Of a stretch of DNA of 64,000 bases, positions 31,308-41,603 are shown in pieces. The DNA is from Rickettsiales bacterium (ex Bugula neritina AB1) (GTDB lineage: Bacteria; Pseudomonadota; Alphaproteobacteria; CAJXXZ01; UBA1459), in assembly GCA_001730065.1 (NCBI GenBank), contig MDLE01000006.1, forward strand, positions 4,041 to 68,040. The letters are read 5' to 3'. The first letter of the stretch is position 1; each line of letters opens with the position of its first letter. The notes beneath the pieces are model-generated. The model ran no database searches. It saw only the letters and a program-made list of their open reading frames with translations, and was not told where the DNA came from. The translations under genes and the position numbers were made by a program.

Positions 31308-33590
31308 TTATGAATATTTATTTAATAAAAAATTTGTAGAAATAACCTGCAATGGTGAAACGGATAGATAATTTATATCTAAATTTGCAAATTTCTTTAT
31401 TGATTTTTCATATCCCGCATGTTCACCGCAAATACCTATAGTAATATTAGGTTTAATATTTCTAATTTTAATAATTGTAGATTTAATTAAATTAAAGACA
31501 ACATCATCAATTACCTTAAAAGGATCTTCAGAAAAAATACCATATTCTAAATATTTATTTAAAAAACTATTATAATCATCTCTAGATATTCCTAATAACA
31601 TTTGTGTTAAATCATTTGTACCAAAAGATATAAAATCCACATATTCAATAAATTCTTCTATAATACTTGTTATTCTTGGTATCTCTATCATAACACCTAA
31701 TTTATAAGTAAAGTTTTTACATTGATATTTATTTTTATAGATATTTTCTATAAGTTTTTTAATATGTATAATTTCTTTAGAATGATTCACAAAAGGGATT
31801 TCTATCTCTATATTATTTTTGTTTGTGGTAATAATTGCATCAAAAATAGCCTCTATTTGCAATTTATAGATATAATCATAGGTAATTCCTAAACGTACAC
31901 CACGATTCCCCAACATAGGATTAATTTCTTTTAATTCTTTTGTATCTATAAATTCATGTAATGGTGGATCTAATAAACGTAGTTTAAAGGGTTTGTTTTC
32001 ATTAATCTTCAACATATCTACAATTGTTTCTATGTATAGTTGTTTTATTATTTTTATTTTTGACATGTCTTTATAACAAATTAAATCACGAAAATAACTT
32101 AACATTTCTTTACTACGAAATAACATATGTTCCGTACGACACAAACCTACACCATTAAAAATAAAATTTTTAGCATTAATAATATCATCTACATGATCAG
32201 CATTTATACGAACAGAAATTCTAGAAGATGATTCTTTTAAGAATTCATAATTATTTTTTATAATTTCTATATTTTGTGGACCTTCTAGTAAATATCCATT
32301 ATGACCATCAATTGTAATTAAATCTCCTTCTTTTAAAATTTTATCATTAACTTGAATATGATTTTTAAAAATTTTTAAATTCTCTAAACTTAGTAGAGAA
32401 ACTTTTCCTAATCCTCTTGCAATAATTCCTAAATGACAAGTAGCACCTCCATATTTTGTAATAATACCATTTGTTTTCATAAGAGCTGATATGTGATTAG
32501 GATGTGTTTCTTCTAGGAATAAAATTGTATTTTGATTATTTTTTATGTAAAAATCTAATTTGTTAACATCTAAAACCACCACTCCTGTAATAGCACCTTT
32601 TATTACAGAGATTCCAAAAGATAATTTTTTTGTTTCCTCTTTATAAACAACCTGTTGTGTATCAATATTATCTAAAATATTATCAGGTATAATTTGAAAA
32701 AATTCTTTTTTATTAATAATGTTATGTTTTAAAAATCTCTCACCCATAGTGACAATTTCATGATTATTTAATTTACAATTACGAGTTTGTAGTATATATA
32801 AATCATTATCTTCTACCGTAAATTCTATATCTTGAATAAATTTAAAATGTTTTTCTAATAAATTTGATGTTTTGTTTAATTCTTTTAAAATATTTTTAGA
32901 AAGATTTTTAATATTTTCACCTGTTCTTGAACCATTAACAATTTCGTTTCCTTGAGTTTGTTTTAGAAACTCCCCAAAAATAATATCTTTATCTGGATAA
33001 CTAGAAAATACAATACCCGTAGAACTATTTTCATTTAAATTTCCAAATACCATTTGTTGAATAATTATTCCCATTGATAAATCTTTTATATTGTTAAGAT
33101 TAATATAATCGTTAACACGATCTTTTTTTAAGGAGCAAATAATTTCTTTAATAGCAAGAATGATTTGATCATAAATATTTTCTATGTCTTTAAAGGGATT
33201 ATTTTTAAATATATTTTCTAAAAATTCTTTTGAATATTTTTTTGAATTATTTTTTATATTATTATTTATTCCTATATTCAAAACACTTTCTAACATACCT
33301 GGCATAGATATATTACAACTTGATCTAACAGATATAAAAAGAGGATTTTTAGTACTATTAAATTTTTTATCTGTTATTTTTTCTAATTCATATAGATATT
33401 TATAAAGATTTTCTTGAAAGTTATTAGGAAATGAATTGTTTTTTAAAAAATAATTTACAACATTACTAGTTATAATAAACCCCTTAGGTATTTTAATACC
33501 AAGTTTCATCATTTCTTTAAGATTATTTCCTTTATTACCGGCATTATCTATATTAATAGAGAAGTTTTCTAACATATATATATGAGACAT
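31308..33590 (-). CDS. ppdK: pyruvate, phosphate dikinase (shortened)
   Basis: GNKGNNLKEM..IPKGFIIT, the phospho-His region GGATCHLGIIARGLG, and the PEP-utilising C-terminus GLCRTEHM and FISFGTNDLTQ. Confidence 0.9.
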   Translation of the reverse strand: MSHIYMLENFSINIDNAGNKGNNLKEMMKLGIKIPKGFIITSNVVNYFLKNNSFPNNFQENLYKYLYELEKITDKKFNSTKNPLFISVRSSCNISMPGMLESVLNIGINNNIKNNSKKYSKEFLENIFKNNPFKDIENIYDQIILAIKEIICSLKKDRVNDYINLNNIKDLSMGIIIQQMVFGNLNENSSTGIVFSSYPDKDIIFGEFLKQTQGNEIVNGSRTGENIKNLSKNILKELNKTSNLLEKHFKFIQDIEFTVEDNDLYILQTRNCKLNNHEIVTMGERFLKHNIINKKEFFQIIPDNILDNIDTQQVVYKEETKKLSFGISVIKGAITGVVVLDVNKLDFYIKNNQNTILFLEETHPNHISALMKTNGIITKYGGATCHLGIIARGLGKVSLLSLENLKIFKNHIQVNDKILKEGDLITIDGHNGYLLEGPQNIEIIKNNYEFLKESSSRISVRINADHVDDIINAKNFIFNGVGLCRTEHMLFRSKEMLSYFRDLICYKDMSKIKIIKQLYIETIVDMLKINENKPFKLRLLDPPLHEFIDTKELKEINPMLGNRGVRLGITYDYIYKLQIEAIFDAIITTNKNNIEIEIPFVNHSKEIIHIKKLIENIYKNKYQCKNFTYKLGVMIEIPRITSIIEEFIEYVDFISFGTNDLTQMLLGISRDDYNSFLNKYLEYGIFSEDPFKVIDDVVFNLIKSTIIKIRNIKPNITIGICGEHAGYEKSIKKFANLDINYLSVSPLQVISTNFLLNKYS

Positions 33591-33614
33591 ATATATTCAT
33601 TTTATCATAGATTT

Positions 33615-35081
33615 TTAATTATTTTTTTTGCCGTATATTAAATCTATTAGGTATTTTTTTGCAAATTTATGATTATTTAATAGGATTTTATAATTATTAA
33701 TAATTTTATCTGTATGGTTTGTAGGTTGAAATGTATTATTTACAAGTTTATTTTTTATTTCTTCTAAAAAAGAATTAGAAAATTCAAAAATACTTATAGA
33801 ATCCCAAAATTCTTCTAATAAGTCTGGGTATAGAATTAATATAGAAATTATTAGTTCTTCTGTTTTAGGAAAAGAAAGTTTTTGAGATTTTTTATTTATA
33901 TTATTTTTAATAAAATTATTAATTTTTTTTTTCCATAAAGTTGTATAAGTATTCTGTAGAATTCTATCTCTTATGTGTTTTGTATAATAATTAAATCTAT
34001 AAAATAATTTTGGTAGATCTTCTTCATAAGAAATATTTTCAATAATTTTATTAAAAATATAGTCTTCTATTTTAATTTTAATTTTTTCTATAGCACCTAT
34101 AGTATTTTGTAAATACTCATCAGGATCTTGATTTTTTATTATTATTATATATATTTGGTAGTTTATTTTTATTAATGATAATAATAATAATATAATTTTT
34201 TCTAATGCCTTTTCACCTGCTTTATCACCATCTAAAAATATATTGATAGTGTTTGTTTTTTTTAAAATTAGTAATAACTGATGTCCACTAATACTTGTAC
34301 CCATTGTAGCTACTGTATTTATAAAACCCTTCTGATACATACGAATTACATCCATATAACCTTCTACTAAATATACTTCTTGATGAGGTATTTTAAGAAT
34401 TTGACTATGATATAAACTAATATTTTTATGAAATAAATTATTATCATTAGAATTTAAGTATTTTGGATCTGTATTATCTATAGATCTACCACCAAAACCT
34501 ATAATTTTATTTTGTAAATTAAATATGGGAAATATAATTCTATTACGAAATCTATCCTTATTAATGTAGGATATAATACCCGCATCTTTCATTTCTTGGA
34601 GAGAGTACCCTTTCCCCAAAAGTTCTTCCACTACTGTATTTTCATGACTATATCCTAATCTAAAATACTTTATACTTTCTTCTTCTATTTTTCTGTTTTT
34701 TAAATAATCAATAGCAGGTCTATAGTTATATAATTGTTTTTCATAGAAATTATTTGCTTTTTCTAGTAATTCTTCTAATCTTACTTGTATATTATTATAT
34801 ATAATAGGTTTATAAATAATACCTAGATATTTATGTAAATCTTCTATAACTTCTTGAAAACTTTTATTTTCTATATGCATTAGAAATAGAAAAACATCAC
34901 CACTTACACCACAACCAAAACAATGATAAAATTTTTTTTCTTGATTAACTACAAAAGAGGCGGTTTTTTCTTTATGAAATATACAGTTAGACCAATACAA
35001 CAATCCTTTTTTTTTTAATTTTAAATGTTTACTTATAATCTCCACAATATCAATTTTTTCTTTAAGTTCTTGAGGTGTCAT
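33615..35081 (-). CDS. dnaG: DNA primase (shortened)
   Basis: Zinc ribbon CIFHKEKTASFVVN..YHCFGCG, a Toprim domain (LVEGYMDV, FLDGDKAGEKA). Confidence 0.9.
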   Translation of the reverse strand: MTPQELKEKIDIVEIISKHLKLKKKGLLYWSNCIFHKEKTASFVVNQEKKFYHCFGCGVSGDVFLFLMHIENKSFQEVIEDLHKYLGIIYKPIIYNNIQVRLEELLEKANNFYEKQLYNYRPAIDYLKNRKIEEESIKYFRLGYSHENTVVEELLGKGYSLQEMKDAGIISYINKDRFRNRIIFPIFNLQNKIIGFGGRSIDNTDPKYLNSNDNNLFHKNISLYHSQILKIPHQEVYLVEGYMDVIRMYQKGFINTVATMGTSISGHQLLLILKKTNTINIFLDGDKAGEKALEKIILLLLSLIKINYQIYIIIIKNQDPDEYLQNTIGAIEKIKIKIEDYIFNKIIENISYEEDLPKLFYRFNYYTKHIRDRILQNTYTTLWKKKINNFIKNNINKKSQKLSFPKTEELIISILILYPDLLEEFWDSISIFEFSNSFLEEIKNKLVNNTFQPTNHTDKIINNYKILLNNHKFAKKYLIDLIYGKKNN

Positions 35082-35182
35082 ATCTCTATAGTAATTTTAC
35101 TATAAACTTTGAAGCATAAGAATATTATAGAAATATAAAAAATTTTTCTAAAAAACATTTTATAATATTTATCTTTATTTTT

Positions 35183-36517
35183 TTGTATAAAAATCATATA
35201 ATTAAAACACATATGAATACAAAAAAAAATAGTTTTTTTAAACATTATAAGGATTTTCTCAAGAAAGTGTTTTTTACACTTGGTGTTTTAGCTATATATA
35301 AAATTATTAGTTTTATAATATTACCAGGTATAGATGTAGAAATTATGAAGATATCCTTATCAAGTGAATCTATCGCTAATAATATTTTTAAATCATTTGA
35401 TTTATATTTAGGTGGTAATTTAGAAAAATGTAGTATTTTATCCTTAAATGTTATGCCCTATATTAGTGCTTCTATTGTTATACAACTTTTAAGTTCAAAA
35501 ATGGGAGGTGTAGATTTGTTTATCAAGCTAAAAGAAGAAGGAGAACTAGGACGTCAAAAAATTACTGAATACACACAATATTTAGCTTTAATAATAAGTC
35601 TTTGTCAATCTATATTTTACTGTACATATACATCATATCAAGTATTTGAAGGAGTATCTGCTGTTTTTATAAACAGATTTATATTTATATTAGTGGGTAC
35701 TACTTCTTTAATTACAGGTACAATGTTTACAATATGGTTGAGTGGACAAATACAAAACCATGGTGTTGGTAACGGTACATCTATAATTTTATTAACAAAT
35801 ATTTTAAGTAAACTTCCTTTGAATATTAATAAATTTTTAAATCTATATACTTCTAATAAAATTAGTAGTATTATGTTTTTTAGTGGTGTTATTGTATTAA
35901 TTCTTGTACTTTTATTTATTATTTATGGAGAAAATACTATATATCCTATTGCTATAAAATATCCTATTCATTATCGTACAAATAATCATCATATTTTACC
36001 AATGCGTTTAAACAATGCTGGTATTTTACCATCTATGGTTGTTTCTACTATTTCTTACTTTCCTAATATTGTTATGTATTTTTTATATAGTTTTGATAGT
36101 GAATTAGGTGGTATCAAGAAATTAGTAGAATATTTACAAGAAGGAACTGTTTTATTTTATATTATACAAATGTTTCTTATTATGTATTTTACATTTATAT
36201 TTAGTGAAATGACATTTAATCCTGAAGAAAATGCTAAAAATCTTAATGAAAATGGTGGTTTATTAATGAATTGCCGTCCTGGAAAACACACCTCTAACTA
36301 TTTTGAAAAAGTTCTATCAAATATTGACTGGATAGCGGGTTTATATTTATCTTGTATATGTATTTTTTTTAATATTATTGGTAATAAATTTGGTTTAAAT
36401 ATTAGTGGTACATCTATTCTTATTACTATTACTACTTTACAGGAACTTTTAAGACAATGTCTTGGATATTTTTTAACAAAACAACATAAAAATGTTATGA
36501 AAAATATGATGTATTAA
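35183..36517 (+). CDS. secY: preprotein translocase subunit SecY
   Basis: 10-TM profile with SILSLNVMPYISASIVIQLL and GNGTSIIL motifs. Confidence 0.9.
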   Translation: MYKNHIIKTHMNTKKNSFFKHYKDFLKKVFFTLGVLAIYKIISFIILPGIDVEIMKISLSSESIANNIFKSFDLYLGGNLEKCSILSLNVMPYISASIVIQLLSSKMGGVDLFIKLKEEGELGRQKITEYTQYLALIISLCQSIFYCTYTSYQVFEGVSAVFINRFIFILVGTTSLITGTMFTIWLSGQIQNHGVGNGTSIILLTNILSKLPLNINKFLNLYTSNKISSIMFFSGVIVLILVLLFIIYGENTIYPIAIKYPIHYRTNNHHILPMRLNNAGILPSMVVSTISYFPNIVMYFLYSFDSELGGIKKLVEYLQEGTVLFYIIQMFLIMYFTFIFSEMTFNPEENAKNLNENGGLLMNCRPGKHTSNYFEKVLSNIDWIAGLYLSCICIFFNIIGNKFGLNISGTSILITITTLQELLRQCLGYFLTKQHKNVMKNMMY

Positions 36518-36589
36518 TAGTTTTTTAAATTTTTTTATTTATTATTATTTTTGTAAATTTTTAATTCAATTTTGTGTATAATATATTAA

Positions 36590-38023
36590 ATGCAAAAAAA
36601 TATGAGTAAAACAAATATTGTATTTCAAACAAGTGAAAAAATACATACAAGTTCTAAAAATAATATATCCGTATATATAGAAATAAATAAAAATCCTAAT
36701 GATCCTATAAAAAACTATTTTGATACGGTAAGTGATCGTTATATTATTAAAATCTTTAAAGATACACTAAATAGTACTTTTGATTTTGAATTATTAGGGG
36801 GAGAAATATATAATCAACTTCCTAAAATGGAAGAAATATATTTATACTTGGACAGTTTTGAAGAAGATGAAATACCTTATATTTTAAATGGTATTTTTCT
36901 AAAAAGTTGGGTATATGATGAATTTAAAAAAGTAGAATATATTAAAAATATTATATTCATCCATAATCAACATGCATCTATTTCTGATAAATTTAAAGAA
37001 TTATCTAAAATTTCTTATGGTAATATGCTAACAAGATATTTAACGGAATTACCTTCAAATTTTCTTAACCCTACAACATTTCCTATGTATATAGAAGAGT
37101 TTTTAAAGGATACAGATGTGGAAATAAGTGTTATTCATAAACGACAATTAGAAGAATTAAATTGTAATTTAATATTGGCGGTGGGAAAAGGAAGTAAATA
37201 TCCTCCTAATATGGTTGTTTTAAAAAAAGGCAAAAATCCTTCAAAAGCTATCATAGGTAAGGGTGTAACATTTGATACGGGCGGTATAAATTTAAAATAT
37301 GATTCGAATAGTATGTTTGATATGATTCATGATATGAGTGGAGCAGCTGCTATAGTAGGAGCTTTATATGGAACAGATGAAGAAGTTTATGGTGTAATTC
37401 CAATTGCAGAAAATATGATTGGTAGTCATTCTTATAATATTAGAGATGTTTATAAAAGTATGAGTGGTCATTGGGTGGAAATATTACATACGGATGCGGA
37501 AGGACGTTTACTATTAGCGGATGCGGTATTTTACGCCTATAAAATTTTAAAAGTAAAAACAATTATAACAATTGCAACACTAACAGGTGCAGTAGGTGTG
37601 GCATTAGGAATGGAATATGGAGGATTAATGACAAACTCCTGTAATTTAAAAAAAAAACTTTTAGTAGCAGGAGAAAAAGTAGGTGAAAAGTTATGGCCAT
37701 TACCACTTTCTAAAAATTATGATTATTGTTTAGAAAATCCTAGATATAATTTAGGTAATTGTTCTTTAATACATAAAGGTAAAGCAGGTTCAATTGTAGG
37801 TGGTAAATTTATAGAATACTTTATAAATTTAAAACATATGATAAACAAAACTAATGAAGATTATCAAGTAGAATTTGCACATATGGATATCGCATATGTT
37901 ATTAATAACTCTAATGATTTATATAATAAAAATTATTGTAATGGTTTTGGAGTTCGTCTTTTAGTAAATTATTTAAAATCTTCTAATAGCTGTTGTAAAA
38001 ATAGTTGTAATAGTTGTAAATAA
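36590..38023 (+). CDS. pepA: leucyl aminopeptidase with Cys-rich C-terminal tail
   Basis: M17 motifs VGKGVTFDTGGINLK, HTDAEGRLLLAD and ATLTGA. An extra tail SSNSCCKNSCNSCK is present. Confidence 0.9.
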   Translation: MQKNMSKTNIVFQTSEKIHTSSKNNISVYIEINKNPNDPIKNYFDTVSDRYIIKIFKDTLNSTFDFELLGGEIYNQLPKMEEIYLYLDSFEEDEIPYILNGIFLKSWVYDEFKKVEYIKNIIFIHNQHASISDKFKELSKISYGNMLTRYLTELPSNFLNPTTFPMYIEEFLKDTDVEISVIHKRQLEELNCNLILAVGKGSKYPPNMVVLKKGKNPSKAIIGKGVTFDTGGINLKYDSNSMFDMIHDMSGAAAIVGALYGTDEEVYGVIPIAENMIGSHSYNIRDVYKSMSGHWVEILHTDAEGRLLLADAVFYAYKILKVKTIITIATLTGAVGVALGMEYGGLMTNSCNLKKKLLVAGEKVGEKLWPLPLSKNYDYCLENPRYNLGNCSLIHKGKAGSIVGGKFIEYFINLKHMINKTNEDYQVEFAHMDIAYVINNSNDLYNKNYCNGFGVRLLVNYLKSSNSCCKNSCNSCK

Positions 38024-38124
38024 AAATATTAATTCATTATTTAATAAATTTGCAATAATATAAAAAATGTTAAATTTTGTTATAGACTTTATTCATATAT
38101 GATGTATAATGATATTAATAACTT

Positions 38125-39375
38125 ATGTTGTTAATTTTTAAACTATTTAAAGGAATTTATGGAAAATTCTTAGGTTTTTTTTATAAATTTAAAAAATTTC
38201 CTGGTGCTGTTCTTTCTTTAGCACTTGTTAGTGGATTAATGAATTTATCTACTGCTATTATTGGTTCAACAGCTTTAGATTTTTTTTCTAGTATTGGTGA
38301 TACTTCATTTTTAATAGGAATAAGATCTTTTTCTGAAGGTGCTGGTTATATTATAAAAGTATTAATTGGTGTTATGAGTGATATAGCAAAACAAAGAAGA
38401 TTATTTTTATTAGTAGGTTATGGTTGTGTATTATTTATTAAACCTTTATTTGTATTAGTAAGTTTTAATTTTTTTACAAATTATATTAAATCTATTATAT
38501 ATTGTATTGCACAAAGTAGTGATCGTATATTAAATGCCGCTCGTGATCCTGCTCGTGATTCATTAATCGCAGACTGGACAAATAAAGAAGATAGATTATC
38601 TGCTTTTAGTTTTAGAAAATTTTGTTCTTCTTTAGGGTCTATATTTGGTGGTATATTAGTAATAATTTGTTTAAAATATACTTCTAAATATTCGATAATA
38701 TATACAATTGCGGCAATACCCGCATTTTTATCTGTATTTATTTTATATATATATGTAAAAGATAATAAAAATGATAAAATTACAGAAAAAGAATCTTGGT
38801 TTTCTATAAAAGATTTATTATTAGATAAACAATCCTTAAAATATTATGGTATTTTTATGTTAACGATATTTTTATTAAACTTTGGTAAGTTAAATGAAGT
38901 TTGTTTATGGAAAATATCTACGGATATAGGTTATAGTCATTTAAATGGTTATTTATACATTTTGTATTATACAATTATTGCTTTTTCCTCTTATTGTATT
39001 GCTTGTTTTAATGTTAGAAACAATCTAGAAATAATTATTTTTTGTAATTTAAGTTTATTTTTTGGTAATTTAATAATCAGTTATAGTAATTCAATTTTTA
39101 CACTTCTGTTGGGTATTGTTCTATATGGAATATACAATGGTATAATAGAAAATATTATTTCTGGTATGATTATTACAATCTTTCCTAAAAAAAATATGAG
39201 AGCTACTCTTTTTGGTATTATGAACACAATACTTGGTATGAGTATATTTTCTTCTTTTTTATGTGTTCGTTATTTATTAAAAAGTATGCATTTAAAAAAT
39301 ATATATTTTATTTCTACTATACCTACTATTGGATCATTTATAATATTACTTTTTCTAAATAAGTATTTTAAATAA
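38125..39375 (+). CDS. MFS-type transporter
   Basis: About 12 TM segments, and a loop motif GVMSDIAKQRR between TM2 and TM3. Confidence 0.6.
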   Translation: MLLIFKLFKGIYGKFLGFFYKFKKFPGAVLSLALVSGLMNLSTAIIGSTALDFFSSIGDTSFLIGIRSFSEGAGYIIKVLIGVMSDIAKQRRLFLLVGYGCVLFIKPLFVLVSFNFFTNYIKSIIYCIAQSSDRILNAARDPARDSLIADWTNKEDRLSAFSFRKFCSSLGSIFGGILVIICLKYTSKYSIIYTIAAIPAFLSVFILYIYVKDNKNDKITEKESWFSIKDLLLDKQSLKYYGIFMLTIFLLNFGKLNEVCLWKISTDIGYSHLNGYLYILYYTIIAFSSYCIACFNVRNNLEIIIFCNLSLFFGNLIISYSNSIFTLLLGIVLYGIYNGIIENIISGMIITIFPKKNMRATLFGIMNTILGMSIFSSFLCVRYLLKSMHLKNIYFISTIPTIGSFIILLFLNKYFK

Positions 39376-39384
39376 AAAATTAAC

Positions 39385-39456
39385 TGCCAAAAGCGAGACT
39401 TGAACCCGCCACCTCATCATTACCAATGATGCGCTCTACCTCTGAGCTATAATGGC
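39385..39456 (-). tRNA. tRNA-Thr (anticodon GGU)
   Basis: The reverse complement is GCCATTA TA GCTCAGAGGTAGAGC G CATCA TTGGTAA TGATG AGGTG GCGGG TTCAAGT CTCGC TTTTGGC A. The acceptor stem has two U-U mismatches in my fold. Confidence 0.75.
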
Positions 39457-39585
39457 TTTTTCGTTCATTATAACAAAATATTAACGAAAAATAAAATATT
39501 TGTAAAACATTTTAAATTTATTATATATATAAATAAAAAATTAATATATATAAAATTAAATCATAAAAAGAGAATTAAAAAAGAT

Positions 39586-40035
39586 ATGGAATTTAAAGAC
39601 AAACAAATTTTTTATAAACATTTTTTTCACGAAATGTCAGGAGAAATAATGAAGTGTATGTTTCTACTAGAAACAAATAAAACCCCCAAATTATTTAATT
39701 ATTTAAACAATATGAAAAAAATATTTTGTGGATATAGAAATATTTTTGAAAATAATATTAATATAAATGAAATACTAGAAATAATTAAAAATAAAAATGT
39801 TACTATTAATATTCAAGAATCTATTGAAAAATATTCTTCTACTAAATTTTTTATTTTAGGATTTTTGTATTTTTATAGTTCTTCCATAACAGTTATTAAT
39901 ATATATGAAAAATATATATCTTTCTCCTGTAATGATAAGATTTATGAAAAAATCTCTAAAGACTTTAAAAATTTAAATATTAATAATGTAAAATTAAAAT
40001 TTGAAAATGAAATAATATTCTTTGATATAATATAA
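39586..40035 (+). CDS. hypothetical protein
   Basis: 149-aa ORF. There is a weak resemblance of FFHEMSGEIMKCMFLLE to histidine phosphotransfer H-box helices, which is unverified. Confidence 0.45.
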   Translation: MEFKDKQIFYKHFFHEMSGEIMKCMFLLETNKTPKLFNYLNNMKKIFCGYRNIFENNININEILEIIKNKNVTINIQESIEKYSSTKFFILGFLYFYSSSITVINIYEKYISFSCNDKIYEKISKDFKNLNINNVKLKFENEIIFFDII

Positions 40036-40297
40036 AGAATGTTAAGTAGTATAAAAACAATAACAATATATCTTATATTTATCTTGGAAATATGTTTTTT
40101 AAATATATATTTTAATAATTTACAAAAAAAACTAAAAAACCACAAAAACTATAAATACTTTATCTTTAATATTTATATAGGAAATAAATCAAAATATTCA
40201 TTAGTTATAAACAACAAAAACTATTGTTTTGTTACCTTATATAATATTCAATATGATCCAATTAAAAAAGAAAATGTTTACAATGTATCATATATAT

Positions 40298-40696
40298 ATG
40301 ATGTTATTAGCAATAAATGAAGCCTTAAAAGCCGCCTATAAAGGTTTTGTACCTGTAGGTGCTGTAGTAGTAAAAGATAATACTGTATTATATAAAAGTC
40401 ATAATCATGGACGTTTTAAACATGTAGAATTAGATATATGTGAGTTTGTATTTAATAATAATATTAAAAATTATAATATATATATTACTCTAGAACCCTG
40501 TTTAGGTTGTAGTTTTTTTTTATCTAAGACAAATATAAATTTTTTGTTTTTTGGGAGTTATAATACAAATAAAAATACTTTAAAGTATCCTATCGATAAT
40601 AAATTTATGTTTCCATTAATTAACAAAAATTGTGAAAGAATTTTACGAAATTTTTTTTTCACAAAACGATATAATATTAATAGAAATTGTGTATAA
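40298..40696 (+). CDS. tadA: tRNA-specific adenosine deaminase (CMP/dCMP deaminase fold)
   Basis: MMLLAINEALKA..VPVGAVVV.., an H(V)E zinc motif and EPCLGC. The start was chosen at the Met pair inside track ORF 40229-40696. Confidence 0.7.
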   Translation: MMLLAINEALKAAYKGFVPVGAVVVKDNTVLYKSHNHGRFKHVELDICEFVFNNNIKNYNIYITLEPCLGCSFFLSKTNINFLFFGSYNTNKNTLKYPIDNKFMFPLINKNCERILRNFFFTKRYNINRNCV

Positions 40697-40708
40697 TTAT
40701 AATTGTAA

Positions 40709-41227
40709 ATGGTAAAAATACTAAAACCAATTGGTACTTCTAGATGGTTACTAAGAAATTATCCAAAATTAACATTAAAACAAATTTCAGATTTTTGTTC
40801 TATTGATTTTGTTGAGGTAATGGTCATAAAAAATCAATTAGATAAAGGTGTTGTTATAGCTGAGTCGAACCCTGTATTTGATGGATATGTTAGTATAGAA
40901 GAGTTAAATAAAGCATCTGAAGATAATAGTCATGTTATTAAGTTTTTAAAAGGTAACGATATAAATTTCAAGCCTACTAAACGCACTTTTATACCTATTA
41001 TTGAAAAACAAAAAAAAAATTCTGCTATTTTTTGGTTAATAAGAAATTATGAAAATATTACAGATGAACAAATTAAAAAACTAACGAAATCCTCATATAG
41101 TACTATTAAAAAAGTAAAAGGTAATAATTTTTATCCACCTCTTAATATAAATAGTCCTTTGAAACTAGGATTATGTTCAAAAGAATTATTTGAAGAAGTA
41201 TTAAATAATTTAAAAAATACAAATTAA
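40709..41227 (+). CDS. alphaproteobacterial DUF1013-family protein
   Basis: KPIGTSRWLLRNYPKLTLKQISDFC...NSAIFWLIRNYENITDEQIKKLTKSSYSTIKK...PLKLGLCS matches the two-repeat DUF1013 pattern. Confidence 0.75.
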   Translation: MVKILKPIGTSRWLLRNYPKLTLKQISDFCSIDFVEVMVIKNQLDKGVVIAESNPVFDGYVSIEELNKASEDNSHVIKFLKGNDINFKPTKRTFIPIIEKQKKNSAIFWLIRNYENITDEQIKKLTKSSYSTIKKVKGNNFYPPLNINSPLKLGLCSKELFEEVLNNLKNTN

Positions 41228-41248
41228 TTAATATAGATTGTAAATAGA

Positions 41249-41277
41249 TTGTAAATTTAATGAATATCTTATATAAT
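41249..41277 (+). promoter_or_regulatory. sigma-70-like promoter (TTGTAA, 17 nt spacer, TATAAT) upstream of atpE
   Basis: TTGTAA at 41249-41254 and TATAAT at 41272-41277. It is preceded by a tandem atagattgtaa x2 and followed by an AGGAGG RBS. An almost identical cassette lies at 41604-41632. Confidence 0.55.
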
Positions 41278-41306
41278 ATATAAAAAATTATCATAGGAGG
41301 TAATAT

Positions 41307-41519
41307 ATGTTATATAAAGTTTTATGTTTGGCATTTATAGGTATTTGTGTTGTTTCAATTTCTTTAGCATGGGTAATAAGTAGTTTTTTTAATTCTGCAA
41401 GTAGAAACCCTGTAATAATTGAAGGTACCAAAACACTTTTATATGTAGCTATTGCAACACTAGAAGTATTAGCTTTAGTAATGTTTATATATCTAATATT
41501 AACATTAGGTAAAATATAA
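41307..41519 (+). CDS. atpE: F0F1 ATP synthase subunit c-like protein (orphan, divergent)
   Basis: Two-helix hairpin. NSASRNPVIIEGTKTLLYVAIATLEVLALVMFIYLIL aligns to the c-subunit loop ARNP/ARQP and the carboxylate helix (LxEAL). The helix-1 glycine motif is missing. Confidence 0.7.
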   Translation: MLYKVLCLAFIGICVVSISLAWVISSFFNSASRNPVIIEGTKTLLYVAIATLEVLALVMFIYLILTLGKI

Positions 41520-41603
41520 TTAATATATATATTTTTATGAATATAATATTATTTTTAATAAAAAAAAGTATTTAAAAAGATTTGAAAAATATTAGAAATA
41601 GAT

